A stretch of DNA of 61,593 bases, the filler included, from Platydemus manokwari (Eukaryota), in the NCBI GenBank assembly GCA_037951405.1. It is 5 parts of 5 records of this genome, joined end to end, with 100 filler letters (N's around TTAATTAATTAA, not from the genome) between each part and the next. Parts side by side here need not be neighbours in the genome. Positions count along the whole stretch, not along the records: positions 41,215 to 50,957 come from JBBMOY011210876.1; positions 51,058 to 61,593 come from JBBMOY011126330.1; 3 more parts are not named here. One strand, given 5' to 3'. A model generated the notes under the pieces. That model did no database searches. It saw only the letters and a program-made list of their open reading frames with translations, and was not told where the DNA came from. The translations under genes were made by a program, and so were the position numbers. This document shows, piece after piece, positions 44,501 through 58,615 of this stretch. Every line of letters begins with the position of its first letter. The first letter of the stretch is position 1.

Positions 44501-47500
44501 TTTTAAGTGAACAAGTATACTCAGTGACTTCCAAAAGCGTATTTTCTTTTCTCTCATTAAACTTACCAGTTTACGGAATTTTTCATTAATAACCATTAGA
44601 CACCTTTTTTCTATTGAATATTTCAATAAGGACGATATCACCACCTTTTCGAGAAACTCATAACTCTTTCAAGAAATGAAAGGATTTTATGTTGACCTTG
44701 ATCTACTTTTGTTTCTTCACACCAAGCAAATTCTTTCAAGATTTTTACTTGTTTCTGATGATTATCCATATATTTATAAAAAATTAGTCTTATATGCAAG
44801 CAAAACCTTTTTACTTTCAAGGTGTATTTATTTTATTTACACATATTTTCTTGGTACAATATCTTACTATTATTCCTGCCTGGAACAACCCTGCAGCTTT
44901 TAATATTTAATTCATTCATTGCTTTCTTGAAACACTCGATTTTCCAAAATCCTTGATTATCGGATAATTCACCTTCCAAAACCATATAATTGACTTTATC
45001 CCAGTGTCTTTTTGTTATTCTTTGAAGATTCCTGAAACAAAAACTTATATAATATATACTTTGAGCTCTTTGTGTTTAGCTCAGTATTATGCAAAATCTC
45101 GTTCCATCATTGACATGAAACCTACTTACATTGTAATCCTTCCCTTTTTATGTTGCATTTACAAATCGTTCTCAAGTATTAAACTATTGAACTAATTTGA
45201 TTTTTTAATCACATTGATAATAATTAAAACCACATGATCCGTTATGGAAACGAACCTCTCTACATTAAGGTATTGTCTGAGTATATCTGCAACAAATTTA
45301 ATTTCATTTGGTGATTTATTTGTAAAAATTGAATAATTAAACTCCACATTTCAAACTTCATTCCGTGGTATTGTTTCCAAATTTTTCAAAATTCATTTAA
45401 CATATAGTTAAGTAATTTTTTCTGTGAACTACATTTTCACACGTTTTCATGTTAGTCTTAAAGTTTTTCGTCCAAATTTCTCGTTTGTAGAGCCGCAACA
45501 AATCATATACTCTGATTAAATTTAATTTATTTAATATTATTTAATGTTCAATATCCCCAGTCCTCTTATTTTCGCCTGTTAAATTTCTTTATGAATTCAT
45601 GGACCTTTTTGAAACATTTCTAATAATAGGTTCGAGTATCAATTTTGATAGCTGTTTCCATTTTCAAATCTCCTTATGTTATAATATGTATTTAAAGAAA
45701 AACATTAGATGCATAATTATTATAAATATTTTAAAAATAAATTTATAGAATGCTAAAAGAGCATCAGTGGCAGCAGCACCCCTTGCAGCTTGGGTAAAAG
45801 CGAATGTCAAATATTCTTATGCACTTGAAAAAATAGCGCCTCTTGAAAATGAACAAAATCAATTAAAAAAAAATCTCGACAATGCTGAAAGGAAAATGAA
45901 GGAATTGGAAAAAGGAGTTTCAGATGTTGACAGAAAAGTTGCTGGTTATCGAAAAGATTTTGAAAAATATACTTCAGATGCTGCTAAATTAGAGGTTAGT
46001 CAATAGGACATGTTATTTGTATTTTATATTTTAATTATTTTGTTAGTATGAATTAAAAAATGCAAATGAAACCATTCAAGCTGCAGAGGATTTGGTAGCT
46101 AAATTAGGAAACGAATATGATCGATGGAATAAACAGGTTATTATAATTTTCATTAACTTTGAAAAGCTATTGAAATAATAAATAATTAAGTATATAAATC
46201 AGAATTTCTCATTCATTAAATTTACACAACTTTCATGAAAAACCAAAAAAAACTAATATTTATTTCACATGAAAAAGTTCTTGAGACGGTGGGAAATCCC
46301 TCACCTCTGTTAGGTTTGGTAATATAAATATCATGTTTTGCTGTTATTCCTTGAAATGGTTGAGAAATGCTTCCACAATTCATTGTTGGCGATAGCACCG
46401 AATTTTGGGACTTTTTTGATTTTTGAATTCTTTGCATGGCATGAATTATTAAGCAGATTGATGCGGGAATCAAGAAGACCGTTCGAAGTTACTGTAATTC
46501 TGTTGGATAATTTGACAGATTGATGAAATTGTGAACACATTTATGGAGATCTTGTATTAGGTTCATATTGCCGGGTCATCATCTCGTTTGGTTGGGAAAT
46601 TCTAAGTCGGAGAATGTGTTTGAGGAATTGGACATTTTCTGTGAGTGTATTTTGGGGGATTTTGTTTAGATTTTGAAATTGTGGGCAAACTTGCCAGGAG
46701 TTTTTCTTTAAGTTTGTGTTGGCGTGACTTTATATGTTGAAAGTGAGATTTGTGATTATTTCTTCATCAGTGCATAGAATACTGTACTGAGTTGTCGATC
46801 TGATAGATGTATAGACATCCTGTGAGAAACTTCTCGGTCAGACTTGAGGATCTGGAAATAGAAGGCGAAGGAGTCTGCGAGTATTGAAAATTTGATAGTT
46901 TATTCCGGTGGGCCCACTTTTGATATCATCAATAGGACAATATTAATGATCAGAATCATAATGAATTATGTTTGTGATAATTGGAATACAGGAATTCCAA
47001 TCAGAACCTCGTGCTCGGGAAACGGAGAACTGTCTGAGACGAATATATCACAATTGAGTTGAGGCAAAAGTAACTGTCTGGTCGTGCTGAGTATGCATAG
47101 TTTTGTGTGGGGAGAGGGAAGGGAGTTCTACGCATACTAAAGATGAACTTTGGCTGAATTGCAAGACATTAATTTCATTGAGAATCCGAGTAGAGTTTGG
47201 GTAGTGAATCGAAGTCGAGTAGGACAATCATTGTGTTGGTCGATGTGGTTGCTCGGAGTTGACTTTCATTGTGTTATGTAGCGGTGAATTTGTTTTGGCA
47301 CTCTTGACGGGATCTCACGTTAAGTTGATAGTGCCGGGATGTCATTGTTTTTTTGTTGAGAATGAATAATTTCTGCTGTTGTTTTTGCTCAGTGAGAATA
47401 TTGCTGAAATTTTTCTGAGGTAAACAAGTTTCGCGAATCAGTATGATGAGTTTTGTGAGTGAATGAAGTTGATACATTACTGTGGCTCAGACGTAGATGA

Positions 47501-50500
47501 TTGACGAGTGAGTATGAGTTTTGAGTGTTCCTCCCGGAGGTCAGATCGAGTTCAATCATTTAGAGAGAAATTATATTGTATTGAGCTGAATTGCCGATTG
47601 AAATGATTGTATTTGCCCGATCCTTCCTCGAATGATTATCTGAATAGAAAACAGAATGTAAATTTTACACAAGTGAAAAATTACAGGTGAGTCTGTAAAT
47701 CAGCATTCAGACCTTTATTCATCCGGCTAAATTTTAATATTTTTTCTGTAAATGAATATTATAAATTCAGTACAGATTAATAAGAAATAGATTGTGTCAT
47801 ATAATAATATTATTGATCTACTTAATTTATAGAAACTGTGAATAATTTATTTCTTTAAGAATTTTATCATTTTTTCAAAAATTTAAATGGTTTAAAGCAC
47901 CAGATAAAACATATTATCTTATATTCAATAAATATCTCCCAAAGTATATTTGTATATATTTAGATAGAAGAACTCAATGTTGACCTAAATGCATTGACCG
48001 TGAAATCAATATTAGCTGCAGCAAGCATTATATACTTGCCTGCATTTCCAGAAGATCAAAGAAAAGAAATACTTCAAACATGGACTGAAAAATTAGAAGT
48101 TGATAAATTTGATATTCGAAAATTTCTCACAACGGAAAGAGATCAGTTAGAATGGAAAAAAGAAGGTCTGTCTTCTGATGATTTAGCAATGGAGAATGCT
48201 TTAGTTATACTTCAAGTGAAACTATTTATAATTAAAAATTTAGTATGAATCATTAAATCTAGGAGTCTCAGCGACCTTTCTTAATTGATCCATCTTCGAA
48301 TGCTACAGAGTGGTTGAAAAGACATTTCAAAGATAAAAAATTGGAAGTTGTTAATCAACAGGTATTTGTTAAACTTTTATTTAACATTTAATCTAATCTT
48401 TAGGACTCCAATTTCAGTACAGTATTGGAATTATCTGTTCGATTTGGGAAAACATTAATAATACAAGAAATCGACAGAATTGAGCCGGTTTTATATCCAT
48501 TATTAAGAGCTGATCTTATTTCACAAGGTTTATAGATTTAGATTTTCTCTTTACATATTAAATTCAGTCTTTTTTCGAATTTTTGAATTCTAAATTAATT
48601 TTTTATATTTATTTGTTTTTAATTAAAATATTAATTATAGGTTCATTATGCCCTGATGTTATCGATTGTTTTTACAGGTTTTCTTATGACCAATTTAATA
48701 ACAATATTCCTGTGGTTGTTTTTTCCTTTTATTAATTTTTAAGTATCTAAGCTTACTTCAACTTGATGAATTACAGTTTTGAAAATGAATTGAAAGGAGT
48801 GAGACCAAGTAACAGTGGAAATATGATAAGTGGAAATGAGTCCAAATAAAAGTATTAATGCAAAAATGAGTTTAAGCTGCTTTAATTATTATTAAAATTT
48901 TGAAAATTTTCAATCAGTTACCATCTTGATCGATAAGCGTGTGTTTACAGGTTTTGTTGTTGATTTAACGTTTTTCTATATTTTGAAATTAAGTTTTTAT
49001 TCAAGATTGGTGTTTGATCCGAAAAGGTGCGGGTTTTGTCATAATATCTAAATATATTCTAAAATCTAAATGGAAAATGCAGCATGGATAACGCATAAGT
49101 AACTGTTTCCATTTTTAATTACTCTAACTATGAATTCGATGAAATGAAAAACATGTGCATTCAACATATTTCCAACAATATTAAATCAATTGAAAGGAGA
49201 CGGAGAAATATAACACCTTAAATGACAATACTTATTTGTTCTGCGCTGTTTATATATACAATACGAAATCATTTTAAATAACACTTCTGTTTTAAACGCC
49301 TGTTAATATCCGGAACTGATAATTTATTTTATACTGTTTATTCAAATTACCAACTAAATAAATAAGCACAAAATTTTCTAAATTATTTTTTTCAAATACC
49401 TTTACTACAAATCTAATATATTCTTCCAATTTGAATACATAAACCAATGCTTGGAAAAAAGTATCTCTTGTGATTATTATTAAATTTTAACTTATTCTCT
49501 TTTTGATCTTAAAATCTAACGATCTTTAATGTCATATGCTTTACTAGCCCCATATAAAACTAGAATGTGAGTTAATTTGAACACTAACATATAATTTGCA
49601 TTATTTCAATATTATCAATATGTTGTGTTCATTATTATTAAAGTAGCCTAATATTTGAAATTTTAATTTTTTAGTGAGTTTGAAAGCTTAAATTGCAAAT
49701 ATGTTATTTATCTATAAGCTTTGATCCACTAAAAATTCATTGAATTGATGGAGATATTAATCCTCAAATATCTTATCACAACTAAAATTGAGCTTAATTT
49801 ATTTTCATAATAAACACTATCTCATACAAAAAGTTAGATAGTTTCAAACCTTCTCCATATTAAAGATTCTAATTTTTAGGTCCTAGACAAGTGGTTCAAC
49901 TTGGTGATAAACTGATTGATTATAATCCCGAATTCAAACTGTTTCTAACCACCAGAAATCCCCAACCTCAACTTCCTCCAGATGCGATAGCTATAATATC
50001 TACTGTTAATTTTACTACCACTAAAGCAGGATTAAAAGGGCAATTGTTAGCGTTGACCATGCAGTTTGTTAAACCAAAGTTGGAAGAGCGTAAAACAAGT
50101 TTATTGCAAGAAGAGGAAAGATTGAAAATTGAACTTTCAAAAATGGAAGAATCCTTATTAGAAGTAATTTAATTAATAACTTTATTATGATGTTGCTAAT
50201 TTTTACTCATAGGAATTAGCTAATGCAACAGGAAACATATTGAATAATAAAGATCTTTTAATGTCCCTTAATAAAACTAAAGAAAGTAGCATAACTATAA
50301 CTCAATCATTGGAAGAATCCGTTAAATTACAAATGGCTCTTGATGAGGTAAAGATAGCTTATAATTATTTTAAATCAATATTTTTGATTACTTTGTCATT
50401 TTTAGGAAAGAGATGCTTTTTTGCCACTTGCTGAACATGGAAGTTCACTTTTCTTTGTGATTTCAGATCTCTCTAAGATTAACAATATGTATCGCTTTTC

Positions 50501-50906
50501 GTTAACGTCGTTTTTAAGATTGTTTCAAAGAGCTTTAAATACTTCTGAGGTGGTAATCGTATCCATTTGAAGAAAATGAAATATTTTTTTCTTTTATTCT
50601 AGCAAACACTAGACTCTCAAATGCGCAATGCATCTTTAATTAGTTGTTTGGAAAAGCTAGTATATGCCTATGTGTGCCGATCTATTTTCAAAGCTGACCG
50701 ATTAATGTTTGCTCTCCACATGACGCATTCTTGCCACCCAGAATTATTTAAACCACAAGTAATGAATAATGTTGTAAAATTAATTAAATATTAATTAGGA
50801 ATGGGAGCTTTTCACTGGAAGCTTTGTAGGCGAAAAATCTGAGAAATTAGTGAATATGCCAAATTGGATTGATTCAGACAGGGCACTAGCGATTGCAAAT
50901 TTATCG
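41527..50906 (+). CDS. DYNC2H1: Cytoplasmic dynein 2 heavy chain 1 (retrograde IFT motor), partial AAA3-AAA4-stalk/MTBD-AAA5; exons 41527-43858, 45749-45994, 46047-46136, 47964-48215, 48263-48361, 48404-48527, 49880-50163, 50213-50347, 50406-50549, 50603-50758, 50799-50906
   Basis: GRVYRPKESERLILYLKDINLPKLDKWGTS, the degenerate AAA4 P-loop GRSGVGRR, SEIRALRAPPDVIRDIFEGV, AKRASVAAAPLAAWVKANV and KINNMYRFSL..FKADRLMFALH are all dynein-2-like. Introns are in phase. Confidence 0.96.
46243..47480 (-). mobile_element. Unclassified decayed repeat in a DYNC2H1 intron (longer copy of the 13.7-14.3 kb family)
   Basis: Homology to 13720-14320, C/A-rich sense strand, broken ORF, ends AATAAATATTAGT8. Confidence 0.7.
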
Positions 50907-50957
50907 GTAATAAAAGATTCGAATTTATTATATATAATTATATATAATTATTATATA

Positions 50958-51057
50958 NNNNNNNNNNNNNNNNNNNNNNNNNNNNNNNNNNNNNNNNNNN
51001 NTTAATTAATTAANNNNNNNNNNNNNNNNNNNNNNNNNNNNNNNNNNNNNNNNNNNN
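50958..51057. other. Assembly spacer 44N-TTAATTAATTAA-44N
   Basis: Directly visible. Confidence 0.98.
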
Positions 51058-51149
51058 TTGATCTGGCGTTGTGCTATGGAGAAGCTAAAAGGAATTGCTG
51101 AATTAAGATAAACATATTAGTTCTTTAATACTGTTAGAAGTTCTGAATA

Positions 51150-52000
51150 TTTGTATGTCTGATAGTTCACACTACTAGTAACCTAACAATAGAGTTTGAA
51201 TCAGATAAGTTCGCATCGTAAAGTAAATTTTATGACAAAATTAAAATTCTTCAAATAAAATTAAATGTTTTTATTAACCCATCATCAAAATTTACATATT
51301 CCTCCAATCATACACTACATAGTTGATGATCAATAAACTAAGAAGGAAACAATTAGACAACAATTTTAGAATATAAATAAAAGTGTATATTAAATTAGCA
51401 ACTTTTAAGCTTAAAAATAGTGAATTCTAACTTCTGTTAAAGCGTTTTTACCTCTAACTCACAATTTTTTACTCTTCAAAATGTCAGCCTTATTTGCAAA
51501 TTTCTTGGATTTTTAGTTTTATCGAGATTTCTAACTGAATTTATCAGGTGTTTAATAATATTTCCACACTGCCTAATTCCAAATTGTTTAGTAATTTATT
51601 TTTGATTTATTATTAGATAAAACAAATTTTTATGATTACTAAGCTTTGTTTGCTACAATTTTCTAAAAGCTAATAAATTTGAATTTATATTATGTTTGCT
51701 TATTTTATGAGCTTAATTAAAAGGTTAGCGACTCTTTAAATTAATTATATTTAGGGTGTAAGTTAAGAAATTTACTGGTTTGATCTAATTTCAATATGAG
51801 GAATTTTAGTGTATTATTTGGTTTTGTAATTGTATTTTTAGAAATTTTAAGCTAAAATTTAAATTTCTAAAATATTTTAAATATTATAAGAAAATTAGTA
51901 ATAACAGGACAATAAGGAAAACCGGAATAGTTATCAATTTTCCAGAAGTGTTCTCCCTCCAACAGACTAAAAGAGCTCTAACCATAGACACTAGTTGATA
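51150..52000 (-). pseudogene. Very old CR1/L2-like reverse transcriptase remnant
   Basis: Frameshifted remnants resembling NYRPISLLS (~51910-51935) and FGFRK (~51660-51675) in the correct order. Confidence 0.35.
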
Positions 52001-55000
52001 TGAATTTAATGTGCAATGAAGAAAGCAAATAATCCATGCTTAGGTTAGAAAAAACTTTTAAAATAGTTGAAAACTCAATACAGGTAATGAAACTATTTCC
52101 TTAGATTCAATATATTCTACAGAGCAATTTATTATCAGGTATTAATAGTCAAACAAGGACTTGTAAACTCTTCTGAACTGTTTTTTAACTTGTAAGAAAT
52201 TGTTTGACATTTATGTAATATTTTCTCAATCTCATTTGAAAAGTTTTTAATCAAAGAACACAATATGAAGTCATAACATTTATTAAACGAAAAGCAAATC
52301 TGAATTTTCGAATGAATATCTCATATAATATCTAACCTCCCTTTCATTCATTTTAGGCTTTATTCAGCTACTCAATTCTAGTAGACTTGGGCTGTCCATG
52401 ATAATCAAGAGGCACTTGATTTGGACATCTGAATTTCAAAGATTTATGAGGACCTTAATAACAATATGCGTTCATCGTTATCTTGTGTGTTTTTTTCTTC
52501 ACTAAAGCTTACTACAAAACCGCAAAAGCCTCAGCTTCCCGCCTTAAGTCTATGGTCACTAATTTGATCTATTTTTTCATTTTCTTAATGATCAGATGAT
52601 GACTTGATTCATTTGGTTTTTAAAAATAAATCATGAAAGGTAAATATCGGATTGAAGTCTGATATATTCTATCCAATGAATAAGTTTATCCCAAGAATGA
52701 TTATCTGATGTCAGAGATGCCATACCCAAAACGACTCAGATCAAATGCAAGGTAACATTTCTGAAAATGTTTCAATATTTTCGAATCAAGTTAGTTTATG
52801 AAAGAAAATCACAATCAAACTTCTTCAAATACATTTCTATATTATCTTTCAAAATTGACCTTTATCTTAAAAAATTACTACGTTATAATATAAGCAGGAA
52901 TAGAAATAGAATGAAAGACTTTGAGAGGAATATACCAGTGTGAAATCATCATGGAATTATATCAGATGCGAATGTGATAAGATATAATGAGGCAAACTGA
53001 AATGCCGACGAGTTCGAAATTTCGAATTCATCAATGAGCGAATGGTGGATTCGTTCTCATGAAACTGATTCGTACTGTGAAACTGATCGATCAGATGAAT
53101 ATCTGCTATAAGTATTCGTAGTTTAATATTTAATTCTTATAAACAATACCATTCTAATTGAAAGAGAAATAAAAAAACGTTGATAAAAATGCTGTTATGA
53201 TATCAAGAATGCATAATTTTATAATAAATAAAGTTTTTCCTGAAATCTTTTACAATTTTCCTGCTGATTTTCGGATGAGAATATAGCTTATTTTCTGAAT
53301 TCTCATAATCTGTCTGTGACTTATGTAATTTATCACTGCATATTTTAATGCTATTTAATCTGTCTGTGTTCAGATCATGATTAATTATCAGCATTTAAAC
53401 ACAAACTTAAGGATATGGTTTTACGGAAATAAATAACAAAGTAAAACTTTTGCAAATAACTATAAACTTGAGCCACAAGTGTTTCTTTGGAAAATATTTT
53501 TGCAAATCGGTTAAAATTCACAGATATTTGATTTTGTATTTGATGAGTAGTTTTATTTTACTTAGGATTTATGAATCTAAAGGAATTCAATAAATATGTG
53601 AAAATTAATGAGTTCCCACGATTTTGAATTTGTTGATTTACAAGAAAATGCTGGTTTAAAATCTGACTCCAATGGGTCAATCCTTTTAGAGAAATTATCA
53701 AATTTAGATGTAAATAAATTAAATAATTAAATAAACGCAAATAAAATATAATTAGGATCATAATATATACAATAAAATTTAATTTAATTAAAATCTTCAA
53801 ATTTAATTGAAAACTGTGTGAACATTGCTATCTTATTATCATTATGTTAGGTTTTAGCCTGGACACTTCAAAATTTATGTCTCACATTATAATTTCATTA
53901 ATTTTGATGATTCAGTGTTCTAGATATTCAAATTTTTGTAAAAGACTTTCATAAAAACCATTACAAATCTCAAACATTTTAAACTTTTAAAACTTATGGA
54001 ATAAAATTGATGATGTTCAACTAAAATTGCACATTTTTCAGAAAAGAGAATTGAGATAAATTAAATCAACTAAAAGTTTGTTTTCGAGACTTTTGATAAT
54101 TCAAAATAATGGCAATCGACAAAATATATAATTTGTTTTACCAAATGACAAAATGTTTTAATATTCATATAAATTGCTAACGAAGAATTCATCATTTAAA
54201 AGTCAACTGTAAGATAGAAATGAAATCAAACTTTATACAATAATATTTAAATACATAATTTGTTGACGTGTCTTGTCAGTTCGTTTTGATGTGTGTTTTA
54301 TAAAATAGTAGCGATTTACATGACTTAGTTCAATAGAGAGAAATGTGTTATTCTTATAAGAAATCCAAACCATATCAATATGGAGAAGTATTAAATTATG
54401 AAAAGAAAATCCAGAAATACCGAAGAAAGAAATAACCAAACTAGAAAGTTGTTAAATAATTAGTCGTTTCAACAATACCCCCGATTCAGCGACTCAACTT
54501 TTTATATTAAAAAAATAATTCGTTGATTAAGTGATCTATATTTAGATGATGTGAAAATTATAACAAACTTAAATTTAATTAATTAATTAAATTAATTTTC
54601 ATCATGGATGTCATTTTAATAATTATTTCCTTACCAATAGCTAATATAACCGTAATAAAAAAATCAGTAACTAACATAGGACTATTCCTCAATCAAAGAA
54701 CTATTGATAAAACCAATCACATTATAAATAACACCCTAACATAATAAAATAGTTTGGTCGATGCTCATTGCAGTGAGATTCTGAAACATTTAGTGATAAT
54801 CACTATTTTTTGAGAAAGTTCCAAATTTCAAAATAAATACCATTTGATTCAGTCAATAACTTTATGCACTATTAACCAAGTTTCAATAACCTCGACTTCG
54901 ATGGAAAATATTAAAAATGAGAGACTGAAGTGGAAGTTTTTATAAAACAATCAGACATAAAACAAATTATAAGTGTAAAATTATCATTGATCGATAAATA

Positions 55001-55850
55001 TCTAACTTACTAATATCAATTCGATGACAGATTCGATGTTATTGTATTTAACTTTAGTTGATAATTCTTCCAACGGTTGGAATAAGAATTGCATGAAATT
55101 TTGGTTTTGAAACCAATAATTGGTTATAAATTGTATCGAGGCAGAACCATCGATAGACACATGTTGTAACGTAGACTATGGATTTTAACTGGAATTTAGA
55201 AATGAAGAATACATTATTCTCACGAATTTTGGATAAAATTCAAAGTCGATGTAAACACGTGTGTGTAGAATATAAATTTATAAACAATTCCACTAATGAA
55301 TAGTCAAAAGTTGATAATGTTTCGGTGATTTTTATTATCGATTATGTGATAATTTGTTTTTACAAAAATCATACAATTTATTCATTATCGAACAGGAATA
55401 ATTATCATTACAAAGCTCATTAAAGAAAGTTTATTTTTTACATTTTCAATTTTAGATAATACACTTTTCAGATATACTAACAAAAATACATTAATAAATT
55501 CAAACATTTACAATTCTTTCAGATATGAAGATATCAAAATATCTATATTTAATATCCAATGAAAATTTGTAGTGAAAAGCAAAAAAAATTTAATAAAATG
55601 TATCTGTTAACGAAAAATATCGAATAGAAATCCATAAATATTCTTCTCTCTAGATACTAATGAAGTTATACAAAATTAAACCTTTCGCGGAAAATTTAAA
55701 CAAACCGAATACGAAGCGTATAAGTAAATAATAAATTTAGGCCAATAAAGGAGTTGGAGTTTTTTTTTGTTGGACATCAATTATAAATAATAAAATTAAC
55801 ATGAATATTAATAATTCTTTATTGTTAATAGATTTATAAATTTCTACAAA

Positions 55851-58615
55851 TCAACGATTGAAATTCAATTCGTCATCTACATCACTTGTAGTATTCGAAG
55901 TCGAGCTTTCAGGGCTACCATTAAATGTGGAACGGTGTCTATCACCTTCTCTACTAGTGCTTGCGATTAATCTGTCCAAACTATTTGCCACTTCAGAAAG
56001 ACGTCGGTTTAAGTTTCGAAATTCTTGAAGTCGTGATCGTCCAAGCCTGACGCTTGTACGAGCTGCATTGGACAATGAATTTTCAACAATTGATACATTG
56101 TTATCATTTCCAACTTGATTATTAGAATTATTAGATAAATCTCGAGATTGCTCATTAAGAGTAACTCTATCTTCTAAATCGGAAGTTAAAAGTATAAGCA
56201 TCATGGCTAATTGTTCACGTCCTTCATTAGGAGTCATGCCAAAATTACCTCGACGAGATGCGTAAGTTGGTGCCAAACGACGATATTCCATCGGTGTTCT
56301 TTCAGATGATACATGGCTCAAATTATTTTGGTTAATTGCTGGTAATTGTAGATTTCTGCGCGGAGTTGCGCAGGCACCTCGGGGATTTGAGTCTATACTT
56401 TCCCCGGGAGATTCTCTATTACTAGTAGGAGCCTCATTTGCAAAATCTGGAGAATCTAAAATATTTGTTTGAGTATATTCATTCTGAGCAGTTTGTCTAA
56501 ATGCACTATCAACAGTGACGGAATTATTATCTTGGTTCAATAAGTTACCATTAACGGTATTTCTAGGCAAACGTGACAATCGTGTATTATTCAGAGAATG
56601 ACGATAAGCTGGGCATCTTGTGGATAAAGTTGTGGACCTGGAATAATTATTCAAGCTAGGACGTAAAACAGATGTCCTACTGCTAACTACATTACTTTCA
56701 TTATTTCTTATTAAGCGTCGTGGTGCTAAACTTGTCCGAGATACTCTGCCAATGACAGGCGCTGCAGCACTTGGTAAATCATCAACTTTGTCTCTAAAAT
56801 TATTAGTATTCGAATTCTGATTTAAATCACTCGAAAAAGGATTTTCATCATCATTTTTGGTAACTTCTGATGATTCAATATTTTTTGAGCCAGAAGAATT
56901 TACAAAATTCGATGATTCCTTTCCATTTATAAAAGGCAATTCGATTGATGAGTTTAATTCGCGGAAATCGTAAATTCTGTGTTCATGATCATTGAATTCA
57001 CGTAGAAATCCTCTCCAATTACAACCTTCCATCACACATTTAACTCTTTTTCGGCCAATCTTTTCATTGAGCTAATTAAAATCAGAAATTAATTTGGAAA
57101 AAATTCGTATTTTGTCTATAATTCAAAATAGAACACAATTGATTTAATGAATCAATTGTCTACTGGTGATATGCAAATATTAATAATTAAATGTCATTGT
57201 GACTGAATGGTAAGATAAATCACATCACCATTATCAATTCAATAATGAAATTACTTAAAACAAAACACATCGTTCATCTATCTCATATCACATCGACATT
57301 GAAATAAAAGTTTTAAATGTTAATTCTGTTAAATTTGACAATGGTTTATCAAACATAATAGAAGTTTTTTAATTAATTAATATTGAGTAATTATTTGTGA
57401 AAGTCTAGAATTTCTATAATATTGACGAATTTATTGGTTTTAACAAGTTTTTGCTTCAAAATATCTTTCTTTGAATACATGCACTATATATAATAAAAAC
57501 ATTCATCCTTTAGGCACTATCTTGAAAGTCATAGCTTTAAATTAATGAGATAGCAATTGTATTTGAGTAATATATAAAAGTAATATAACAAATAAATAGA
57601 TTTTCATAAATTTAGAAAATCAGGTACAAAAATAAGACCATAAACCCAATAAGTGAACAAAAGCCTAAATTTTGATTTTGGAATACAAATGGACAAAATA
57701 ATTTAAGAATCTGTAAAACATTCATGAATAACTACGTAAAATAAATTCTAACTTGTCAAAAGACAATCGTGAATATAAATAATTTTGGATACCAGAAATT
57801 GATAAACTAAAAATTCAATCATTATTAACAGGGTTTGCTCTTACCGAAAATGTGTTAAAAATGAAAAGTAATATATATATGTTTTGTACAGAAACCTCAA
57901 CGGGTTTCATCATGTGTAACGTACAATTTGGATTTTTATTTCCAAACAAACTGTTCCAGTGAAGAGCTTACGCAAATATATTGCCATATCAATTTGTAAT
58001 AATCTTATACTTATCAAAATAGAAATCAATTAAGAAACACAATTCAACACACTTTAACAATATCAATTATAATTTTAAACAAATTGTGTTATAATTTACA
58101 CACAATTAAAATGTCTTGTCAAAGAAGCAATTAACTGCAATTAAATTGAATAAAATAGTGATGTTATGATATACTGTTTACTGGTTTGAAGCGAAAGAAT
58201 TTTACTTGAAAATTGTCAAACCATTTAATGAAAAGCTAATTGAAAACAAATCGCTATCTTGTGCTAATAAATTTAAAATTGAACTGAACTTCATTTTTTA
58301 ATAATCAAAAGACAGAATCAGAAAGAGTCGATATCATATAAAAATGATCGATCAAATTGATTATGAAACTGGTGATATTTACCAAATTTGATTATGTTTA
58401 TTAATTTAAATTATATTGCATATTAAAGCCATTAAATGGTTAAATGTTACCTAACAATTATCCTTACTTGGTCATTTCGAGCATAAACGCCTTCACATCT
58501 ACAAACAGGGCAACAATCTGCTCCAGATCTATTGCATGTTGACCAGACATATATGCAAGAATAACAGAATTTGTGACCATTTCGGCACTGGTGTACATCT
58601 TTAACGACAGAATAA
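55851..58615 (-). CDS. C3HC4 RING + TRAF/SINA-type Zn-finger protein with a long low-complexity C-terminus; exons 58615-58468 and 57071-55851; 5' exon not found
   Basis: YSVVKDVHQCRNGHKFCYSCIYVWSTCNRSGADCCPVCRCEGVYARNDQ | LNEKIGRKRVKCVMEGCNWRGFLREFNDHEH, joined by a phase-0 GT-AG intron in frame with the 394-aa ORF. Confidence 0.85.

Noticed and set aside
44050-45500. Decayed coding-like sequence in the first DYNC2H1 intron
   Set aside because: No motif convincing enough to assign a family.
26306-50906. CCDC40 and DYNC2H1 as a ciliary gene cluster
   Set aside because: They are separated by a synthetic spacer and both genes are truncated at contig edges, so linkage is unsupported.
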